Assembly: GCA_051942205.1 (NCBI GenBank)
Contig: JAVECO010000199.1
Coordinates: 1 to 40,046 of the forward strand
DNA from: Coniocarpon cinnabarinum
Taxonomy: Eukaryota
Direction: 5' to 3'
Length of the DNA stretch: 40,046 bases
This document shows, piece after piece, positions 1-8,387 of the stretch. The position numbers and the translations under genes are program-made. Position 1 is the stretch's first letter. Each line of letters opens with the position of its first letter. The notes under the pieces were generated by a model. That model was given only the letters and a program-made list of their open reading frames with translations. It did no database searches and was not told where the DNA came from.

Positions 1-409
1 AGGAGGAGGAATGTGCACTATTCATGGTTCTGCCGGAGTCCCTCAACGCTTCCTTCTCCTCCTCTACTCTGAAACCGTATTTTCCCTGTCTAGTAGTGTA
101 ACCTCCTCCTTCTCTACGCACCATCTCGAGAGAGCGGAGAAGATCGACATAATCAAAGAGATGAAGTAGAGGTAAGTATAGAGAAATGTTAGGGTGTGCC
201 TTTGCATTCTGGCGAGATGCAGTGAGGCTTTGAGACTTGAATTCTAGAAAACAATTTGATGCCACCAACGCCTCGCTAAAGTCGAGTGCTAATGGTTGTT
301 TTGTAGTGATGAGTCTACGATTTGGCTTGCTGTTTTTTGCATCGGTGGTTTTAGAGTGGGAGACGAGGGGGAAAGGAAGATGATGATACACGGCGAGGAA
401 GCGTGAGGA

Positions 410-1642
410 TTACATTCGTGGTTGGCCGTATGGTGTGGTGCCATACGGAGTCGATCCACCACCATACGCTGTACCGCTTCCACCACCACCGCCACCACCG
501 TAGGCAGTCCCACCTCCCGCGCCGCTCCCATATGCAGTCCCTCCTCCGCCTCCATATGCAGTCCCACCGCCGCCTCCATACGCGGTAACACCGCCACCAT
601 ATGCTGTTCCTCCGCCACCTCCGCCCCCATACGAGCTCACCTGTCCTGCGTAACTGCTTTGGTTTCCACCGTACGCAGTGCCGTAACTAGTCCCCGCTCC
701 ATAGCTCGTACCCCCACCGACGCCGTAATTCGTCCCGGCGCCATCGTCCATCCCCGATCCTCCAGCATGCAATCCATCAACCAGCCCCTCCCCTTCGCCA
801 CCCAGATCCTCGATGACCCCCGCCAACTTCTTCTGCAGCACCCCTATCCCCGCCAGCACCACCTCCTGCGGTTCTAGTCCCCCCACCGTTTCAACATCAA
901 AGTAGAAAGCGCCCGGTTCGTCGTCTTCTTGCCGCTTCTTCAGCGATGCGTCTGCCTGCTCTTCATTCGGGTCAGGCTCCTCGCGGCTGTTCTTGGAAAC
1001 AGGCCATTCCTTTAATCGATCGGCTTCGTACCACAATTCGGTATGCTTGAGCGTATTCCAGGGGTCGTACTCGAAGCCGATAGCAGCCGTCGCCGCCCAT
1101 TTGGCGTGTTCCTTCGCGATGCCCTTTTTGGCGACGCAGCGGAGCTTCAGGGCTTGGTTCTTGCGGAGGCGCGCGATGAGGACGCCAGCGCCTTGGGGCG
1201 TGAATGTGACGGGGTTGCCGAGGGTGGGACTGAGGCGGTCGGCGGTGGGGATGAGATCGCGGGCGTGCACGCTCATAGGCGTGTCGGAGGTGCAGCGCGC
1301 GTCGAGTTCGAGCGTGATGCTGCATTTGGGACAGTAAGAGTCGCAGTCGCAATCTCTGGAGTAGTTGAGTTCGCGATCGACGTTGCGGGCGTCGAGCGGT
1401 ATCAAGCCTAAGCGATGTGCAAGGAATTCGTCGGGGAGGACAGACGAATTGGCGAGGACTTCAACGAGGTCGATGGCGAGGGTGGGGACTTCGGAGAGGA
1501 GGACGCGGCGGAGACTATTAGCGAAAGCGAGGGGCGTGTTGGAGAGGACGAAGTTGACGGTTTGAGCGGTTGCGGTGCGGATGCGGACGGAGGGACCGGA
1601 GGTGGAGGGTTGATTGTTAGGTAGGTAGGAGTTGTAGTCCAT
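410..1642 (-). CDS. RPB3: RNA polymerase II subunit RPB3, intronless, with Gly/Tyr-rich repetitive C-terminal tail
   Basis: 410-aa ORF with ANSLRRVLLSEVPTLAIDLVE, NSSVLPDEFLAHRLGLIPL, the Zn loop CDCDSYCPKC, and KKGIAKEHAKW. Confidence 0.97.
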   Translation of the reverse strand: MDYNSYLPNNQPSTSGPSVRIRTATAQTVNFVLSNTPLAFANSLRRVLLSEVPTLAIDLVEVLANSSVLPDEFLAHRLGLIPLDARNVDRELNYSRDCDCDSYCPKCSITLELDARCTSDTPMSVHARDLIPTADRLSPTLGNPVTFTPQGAGVLIARLRKNQALKLRCVAKKGIAKEHAKWAATAAIGFEYDPWNTLKHTELWYEADRLKEWPVSKNSREEPDPNEEQADASLKKRQEDDEPGAFYFDVETVGGLEPQEVVLAGIGVLQKKLAGVIEDLGGEGEGLVDGLHAGGSGMDDGAGTNYGVGGGTSYGAGTSYGTAYGGNQSSYAGQVSSYGGGGGGGTAYGGGVTAYGGGGGTAYGGGGGTAYGSGAGGGTAYGGGGGGGSGTAYGGGSTPYGTTPYGQPRM

Positions 1643-2070
1643 CCTTGAGGAGAGTGAGGAGCGCCGAAGCGCGTAAGTCGGGAGGAGTTCTTTATTTGCT
1701 TAGTTTCGAGGGAGAGTCTAGTTGAGGTGAGGCTAGGTGAGGAAATAGTGGGTCAGTAAGCGCAGGCGCAAGCCTGCTATTCAACGAGGATAATACTCGG
1801 AAAGCTTCTAAGCGGTCGCGACGGGGCCTGAGTGTGAGTAGCAGATGATATGCGACTCTCAAATCATGAAAGCCGTTGTTCGTCGCATTCATCTTTGAAA
1901 CATCAGCGGAATCATTTCCGCATCTCGAAAACAGCCGCTGCAGCCGCGCGCCAAGAGATTAAAAAGCCGCGCACGCACTCCACCTGTTACTACGTCAAAA
2001 TCAAATCACGAGCTTCAAGTCATCACGTCCTCCACGTTTCAAAGCTTCTCGACATCCGACGGTCGTCAAG

Positions 2071-2562
2071 ATGCCGGTACGTATACGAATCTCTCCTCCG
2101 CACACGTCTCAAAACCTCTCTGTGTTGTCGAGGTTGCAAAAGGCGCCAGAATAGAGAGATAGACAGCAAGAGGTCAGAAAGGATTCAGGAGGATAGGCTG
2201 ACGGATGTCCATCAATAGAGCCACAAATCATACCGCACGAAGCGAAAGCTCGCCAAAGCGCAGAAACAGAACCGTCCGATTCCACAATGGATTCGTCTCA
2301 GAACCGGAAACACGATTCGGTATGCAGAATTCCTCTCTTCATAACGTACATGAGAAAGGGGATTCGACATGAACCTTGCGGGCTGTCAACTGGAGAAAAG
2401 GGCGTCTGTACTGGTTTCAATGAAATTGAGGGCGGGGATCGTGGCGCATAAGGAACTGATGATGGAAATACGTGGATGAAATGATGGGGTCTTCCGCTGA
2501 TGATTGTGTGCAGGTATAACGCCAAGCGAAGACACTGGCGCAAGACGCGCATCGGAATTTGA
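2071..2562 (+). CDS. RPL39: 60S ribosomal protein L39 (eL39), 3 exons: 2071-2076, 2219-2319, 2514-2562
   Basis: Not in the ORF track. Splicing two GT-AG introns (2077-2218, 2320-2513) gives [51 protein letters not shown] (51 aa). Confidence 0.97.
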
Positions 2563-3005
2563 TCGATTCACCCCTCGATGTGAGAAGGCTGTGGTGGAAG
2601 CGGTGGTGGCGATTGAATGAGGCCCATAGCGATGAGGACGACCGTGTCTTGCTGGGAGTGATGGATGGTCAGCACGCTGCGTCAACATCAACATTAATGG
2701 CGCAACTATGAAGTCTCGTTGATTCGTTCGCATCGACAGCGCGCGATGGAGATAGCTGGCAATGACAGTGAATCACAATCGATTGAAGATCAGATTTCAC
2801 AAAGTTTGATCGTGTTTCGTCTGCGAGTTTTCGCGCAAGTTAAAGGCGGGCTCGGACCTTCAATCTTACTACGAGCTGAGTTGCTATGCCCATCTGCCAT
2901 CCACTTTCGAGCATAGATATGGCCCTCTCCCTCCGCGATGTCTGATCACCAGCTACTGTTACCTTCACGGAGACTTGGTGATGAATCCATGTTTCCTTCT
3001 CTCGC

Positions 3006-4325
3006 CTATCCCATGCCCTCCGCCATGCCCTCAGCCATCTCCTTCGCCTCCTCTGTCACCTCCTGCTGCGCCACGGCGACCATCCTCAATCGCGGCTCCC
3101 CCTCCGTATCAACCCTCAAAACACCCGCTTCGCCCTTCCCCAGCACACCCCAAAGACTAACATTTCCTCCTCCCTCTCCTTCTCCACGGTCACCACCTCC
3201 TCCACCGCTGCCACCCATCCTCATCACCGTGCTCGTCCCGGCATAGGTCGCATCCCCCTCCCGGCCCGTCCGATTCGCGCAAACGACCACAACTTCCTTC
3301 TCCGATTCCACCAGCGGTCGCATCCGCGCGATCCAATAAGCCAACGTATGCGTATCCGGCTGCGCCGCCTCCTCTGCTAGTTCCTCAGCCGTTCTGTAGG
3401 CGGCTTCCACCGAATTGTGGGATGTAAGGAAGGCGTTGACGTTCAGGACGAGATCGGCATTTGTCTTCTTGCAGTGGGTCGCGTATTCGTAGGTCTCCCA
3501 GGGTGTCTGGAACTTGTAGGGGTTGATGTCCATGCAGATGCCGTGGGCGACGCGTGTTGTTTTCGTTCCCTGCGATGTCATTCCTTCCTGTCCTGGCGCT
3601 TTCGCCACGCCGTTCCCATTTTGCGATGAGTGCAGGGCTCGCTGCGACCTCAACGGCGCCTCCAATGGCCATGTGCCGGCATAAAACCCCGGCCCCTCCG
3701 CAGCCCAAGTCTCATCCGTCGTAAATAGAAAAGACTTTCGGTAATGCGCGACAACCTTCCCATCCGGACCGACAGTCACTGTCGAGTTAAACCGCTTTTG
3801 CCCCGTCGGACTCGGGAATGCCGGCGAGGGATCGAGCTCGAAGTCATTGGCGTTGTAGTCTTGAATCGTGGGATTTACAGGGGAGGTGATGGGGTCGTCC
3901 GTCTTATGGAGTTCGGGGTAGCCGATAGTGACGGTGCACTGGAGTCTTTTTGCGGTTTTGACGGCCCATCTTGTGGATTTGCCGGCGGCAGTGGGTTCGA
4001 GGTGGGGGTGGATTGCTTCGAGGGAGGGGAAGTTGTAACCTGTGACATCGAATCAGCCATATCATTCGTTGCAAGTTTTTTATTTTGAGCATTGTTTGAG
4101 TTGTTGAGGTTGTGGTGTGCGTCGAAAGAGCGTTAGAGGGCATTAGAGACAGTGGGGTTCACCCGGGATGAGAGGTTAGGAAGACTTACCACTGAACGCG
4201 AGTTCGGGTAGGACGAGCAGATCAACGTGGGTGGCGTTGATGCCTTTAAGGAGTTCTTCAGCTTGACCGAGATTATATTGATATGCGCCGAGGCGGGCGT
4301 CGAGCTGGACGATGACTATCTTCAT
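3006..4325 (-). CDS. NTA1: Protein N-terminal Asn/Gln amidase (nitrilase superfamily), exons 4325-4190 and 4039-3006
   Basis: Spliced protein starts MKIVIVQLDARLG and continues DLLVLPELAFSGYNFPSLEAI. It has the Glu-Lys-Cys triad motifs LPE, YRKSFLFTTDETWA and GICMDINPYKF, plus YWIARMRPL and CANRTGRE. Intron is GTAAGT...CTGAT...CAG. Confidence 0.9.
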
Positions 4326-4657
4326 GGTGGGGGACGTGCAAAGCGGGGCGATGCGAAAAGACGAGAGCGTGAGGAGAAGCCGAGACGTAAAGAAAGATGC
4401 ATGATGACGACGTAAGCAGTGTTAGGCAAACACGTTTCGCTCTTCGATCACAAGAAGTGAGAGAAGTGAGGTGCTCGAGTGAAGGGTTGCTATGACGCAT
4501 GTGAAAACACATCCCATACAAGACAATTTTGCTATGTTTGTTCGAGGATTATCTGAATTTTGAGCTAATTTAGTTTTCGAATCTGGTCAACACCATCGCT
4601 ATGCCATAGTAATAATATTACAAATAAGGTCGCTCTCAAGTGCTGGACCTAATCACT

Positions 4658-5488
4658 TCACGACATGAGCTCGACCGGCGGTCGTGCCGTGTGAGCCATA
4701 ATCTTCGTCTGCATGCCATCTTCGGGCGCAAACTCCTCACTCGTATCCTCCACTGCAATTGCAGGGAGATCGGGGCTGTGTCCTTGCTCTTCAGGGTGGA
4801 ACACAATCGTTCTGCTATCCGCGCGACTTCTCACGCGCTGGTCGGGTGTCGACAAGGTCTCAGGCACGTCAACGTCCATCGGCTCTGGCACCTCGTCGCT
4901 GACATTGAGCCGCCTGCCGATCTGCTCTAATGCAGACGTCAGGTCAGTCGCATGCACGTCTTTGTTCGGTGGGTCCTCGTTGCGCATGGCCCAGCCTGCT
5001 GGTGGTGATGGCGGAGGCGATATGAAGAACTGTTTCTGCGCCTTGGGCGCTTGAAGGCGCTGCCGATCTTGATCGAGCTTCTCAAGGTCAGTCTCGGCTC
5101 CGAAAAAGACGCGGACACGGTCGCCTGAAGCTAGCGCGTTGCCATCTAGGACTCCGCGTATGTAGAATGCTGCAGCAGTGGTGGTGAACGTCAGGACAAT
5201 GCGGCGCATCGACGGAAGCGGCGAGAATGTGTGTAATCGATCTTGCTCGGTGAGTGGCTGCTGAGAGGAAGCATGCTGAAAGTCGACGGCGGTTTGGAGG
5301 GAGTCGCAGATAAGCTTCTGGAGCTTCTCGATGGTCTGAGATGCAAAGATGGTAGGGTCGTTGAGGTTGGTGACGAGAAGCGTGTTCGACGGTGGGGCAG
5401 GCGCGACGAGTGGTGGGAGGTCAGAGAGGTCGAGAGAAAGGTTGGATCGGCTGGAAGCTCGCGAGCGGGGAGGCGTGCTGTTTGCCAT
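4658..5488 (-). CDS. RCN1: Calcipressin / regulator of calcineurin (RCAN family)
   Basis: ORF from ATG 5488 (MANSTPP). Contains PSNTLLVTNL, FSPLPSMRRI, the signature FFISPPPSPPAGW, a PxIxIT-like PAIAVE, and C-terminal HTARPPVELM. Confidence 0.93.
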   Translation of the reverse strand: MANSTPPRSRASSRSNLSLDLSDLPPLVAPAPPSNTLLVTNLNDPTIFASQTIEKLQKLICDSLQTAVDFQHASSQQPLTEQDRLHTFSPLPSMRRIVLTFTTTAAAFYIRGVLDGNALASGDRVRVFFGAETDLEKLDQDRQRLQAPKAQKQFFISPPPSPPAGWAMRNEDPPNKDVHATDLTSALEQIGRRLNVSDEVPEPMDVDVPETLSTPDQRVRSRADSRTIVFHPEEQGHSPDLPAIAVEDTSEEFAPEDGMQTKIMAHTARPPVELMS

Positions 5489-5812
5489 GATGACGGCGAC
5501 GGCCTCGCAGGACAGTGCTTGCCGCACTGTAATTCAAGCGTCTTATTACTGACAAAGTGCTATCGCCGTTGTACTCCTGTTCTTGTCGTGTCGGGTCGTT
5601 GGCTAGGCTGGGATCCGGCAACGATGTTTGTCTGTGACCCTTGCGGAGGAGAGCTTCTGTGATTGACTCTGACGTGGCGACTCGTGGTACTGTGTTGTAT
5701 GCCTGGTCCCTCGTTGCAGTCGCAGAGTGGAGAAAGGTGAAGAGTGAAGAGGAGGTTGCTTGGGAAGCCGCAGGTTATATGAAAGACAAGCGGGGTCAGA
5801 AGATGATTCTAG

Positions 5813-6026
5813 GCGGCTGTGGAGGATGGAAGGATAAGGTGTTTGGATGGGAGTGGCTCAGATGATGATGGCAGCCAAGCGCCTTGCGTATTGCCAAGGC
5901 TTGTTCCGGTGCCCGGTGTCACGAATTGAAGCACCAGCACCCTCAAATTCCAAACCTCGTCTGACAGTGTCTAGCCCCCAGCTCCACCACTCGACTGCGA
6001 AAATACATGACCTGTCGTGTGGCGCA
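5813..6026. promoter_or_regulatory. Putative Crz1/CrzA calcineurin-response elements upstream of calcipressin
   Basis: GTGGCTCA (5853-5860) and GTGGCGCA (6019-6026) match GNGGC(G/T)CA; GCGGCTGTG lies at 5813-5821. Confidence 0.45.
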
Positions 6027-6582
6027 GCATCCGACGCTTCCTCAACCTCCACACTCCCCAACACATCCAATACCTCGTACCTGATTCTCTACCGTGTCGA
6101 CAGACCCTTGATCAGCACCTCGGCAGGCGATGAATCCTTCGTCCCGCGCATGTCGCCCGATTCTATCCACATTTGGCCCTCAGAAACCCTGGTGCCTTAA
6201 CTAAGCAATGCCCAGTGCTCAGGAGTCGGCGCAAGCTCTTGGTCGCGAATCCTCACTCATTACTCATTTACTCAGCCTGTCCGGCTTCCTCGCAATGGCG
6301 ATGCTAGGCCTGTGCCCTGCCAATATCGTAAGCCCAATGGCTTGCGAATCACAAGGTTTGGCCCTCTGCATTCTAGTGCTTGCAATGCTCGTACGTGCAC
6401 GGTCATACCAGACAGACATAAATCGGGTGCTTTCAATGCTTTGTGACCCGCTTGATACTACGAATTTCTTGGACTTGCAAGTCATACAGTCTTGCTGCAA
6501 AGGTGAAGAGCCTTTGACGGCCGTCACATATTCTGTCTAGATTGGGCAGGGTGTGTACTCAAGTATGAAATATGTTGATAGT

Positions 6583-6625
6583 CACGCGCTGATCAAAAGT
6601 AACGGGACACTAGTGAGTCTTGGCA
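6583..6625 (+). repeat. Left terminal inverted repeat (43 bp)
   Basis: CACGCGCTGATCAAAAGTAACGGGACACTAGTGAGTCTTGGCA is the exact reverse complement of 8018-8060. Confidence 0.97.
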
Positions 6626-6781
6626 CTTATTTTAGCATATTATTAATTTAATTATGCTATTATAGAACTAATTCGTAGCTAAATTTCTTAGGGAAACGTA
6701 CTATAAGTTTGCTATAATAAGATCTTTCTGTCGTAATGTTAAATCTTTTAGATTTCTTACTAGAATACTGCTATATAGGCG

Positions 6782-7958
6782 TTAAAAGCTACTAAAAGCA
6801 CCCTTCTCTTTAATAACCTAATAAAGGCGCTTAGGTATACTAAGATACTAATTATTAAGCGATTTCTGCTTAACGCTATTATACTACTCTTTATAGATAA
6901 TTTTCTCTAATTCTGCCTTTGTCTAATATAGTACTAACTTTATATACTACTTTAAAGGTTGCTAGGCGTTCTTAACTAGTAAGAGATTAGAGGAATTAGG
7001 GTAATTAAAGTAATAATTAAGGTTATTCTAGTATTTCTACTCTTATATAATACTAGGCTTAAATTGTAGTATACTATATACTAAGTCTTAATCCTTTTTA
7101 AGTATAAAGTTAAGATTTATAGACTACTAACCTTTTATAATATTATTTAATATAATATCTTTATAGTAAAAAGTAGTTATTTTATTATTCTTATTACCTA
7201 GTATATTATATAAATATAGATTAGACTTAAAATTAAAGCCTACTACTCTCTAGGTATATACTTTATCCTTATGCTTTAATTATAGCTCTTATACTAGTTA
7301 AATATAATTAGTATAATATTGCTTATCTAGTTTATAGATAATATACTACTTTTCTTAAGAGCTAAAAAAAAAAGTATACCTTATTAAAAAAGTGTATATT
7401 AGACTAGTTCTTTTTAAGTAAATATTTATTAAGTATAATAGTTATAAATTACTTTCTTTTTACTAAGTAAGTAGAAGATATTTATAACTTTTAGTATATA
7501 ATATAATAATAATAATTTATTGTACCTATTACTTATTAAAGTATAAGACTAAAGACATTAATATTAGCTTTAAATACTAATTAATCCTAAGTTAGATAAT
7601 AGTTCTAGAAGCTAAAAAAGATAAGAATTTATTTATATTTCTTTAACTACTTTAGATATATTTTTAAAGGCCTTCTAAAGAGCTTATTATATTAATTTCT
7701 TATCTTTTTATTATTCTTATATAATAAGAGCGTTCTATAGTTGCTACTTGAGTTAATAATATAAAAAAAGATACTTCTAAGAATATTAAGATTATAAATA
7801 ACGTCTAATCTATATTAGAAGTCTTTTAAGAGCTTTCTAGTAAAAAAGAGATTATTAAAAAAGTAAATATTACGCTTTTAAGGTATTTTACTTATATAAC
7901 CTTTTTTATTAGCTGCTTTAGTCTTAGATTTTAACTTTTGTTGCTAAGTTATAACTAT
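6782..7958 (-). pseudogene. RIP-degraded Tc1-like DDE transposase (about 391 codons)
   Basis: Reverting only C>T/G>A changes by eye gives VRFSDEVHF (D at 7383-7385), IIRKPGERYC, HAWGAVGFNFKS, VPGNKNGKM, FVLEEDRDSAHG (D at 7091-7093), FNCPNSPDLSPVENAW (E at 6971-6973) and SMPKRLHQVI..KG. There are many TAG/TAA stops and a +1 shift in the A10 run at 7364-7373. The start position is approximate. Confidence 0.85.
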
Positions 7959-8017
7959 TTTGGTAAGGAATACTAAGAAAATAAAGTACCTTAAAGACGC
8001 GTCTTTAAGGGATGAAA

Positions 8018-8060
8018 TGCCAAGACTCACTAGTGTCCCGTTACTTTTGATCAGCGCGTG
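8018..8060 (-). repeat. Right terminal inverted repeat (43 bp)
   Basis: TGCCAAGACTCACTAGTGTCCCGTTACTTTTGATCAGCGCGTG. Confidence 0.97.
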
Positions 8061-8387
8061 ATAGTCATTTGGGTCGATATAGATAGCAAAGCTATAAGCA
8101 CAACGGCGATCGGCCTTCGCTACTCTTAGAGTGCTAGATTGACGTGTGGCAAGTCCTACGGGGCCCTTGGCGGGATGAGCACACCCATTTAATCTACAAC
8201 AGGCTGAGTAGTTTCCCATAAGCAGTTCTGGGAAGAATGAATACCTACTGAGTCAAGGATGCAGACAGGAGACTCTGTATGAACGCAGGGAGCTTCCAAG
8301 GTCAATGTAGGTGCACAAAAAAGTGGGAGCCAGCAAGTCCAGTCTTTCACGTAAGTGATCTGACCGCGCTCGACTCGAAACAGCGAT

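Larger units (their letters stand above)
6583..8060 (-). mobile_element. Full-length 1,478-bp IS630-Tc1-mariner-type DNA transposon inactivated by RIP
   Basis: Perfect 43-bp TIRs (6583-6625, 8018-8060) and a flanking direct repeat ATAGT (6578-6582, 8061-8065). The interior is very AT- and TpA-rich and encodes a degenerate DDE transposase. Confidence 0.95.

Noticed and set aside
1..210. Short open frames on the minus strand at the window start
   Set aside because: Truncated, with no recognisable motif; could be RPB3 3' flank.
289..1624. Overlapping ORFs on other frames of RPB3
   Set aside because: Shadows of a GC-rich, repetitive coding sequence.
2320..2513. Possible intronic snoRNA in RPL39 intron 2 (TGATGA/CTGA words)
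   Set aside because: The motifs overlap the branch region, and I see no terminal stem or rRNA guide.
6583..8060. Classifying the element as Transib because of CAC...GTG ends and a 5-bp TSD
   Set aside because: The relic protein has Tc1/IS630 motifs (FSDE, SPDLxPxE, SMPxRL) and is too short for a Transib transposase.
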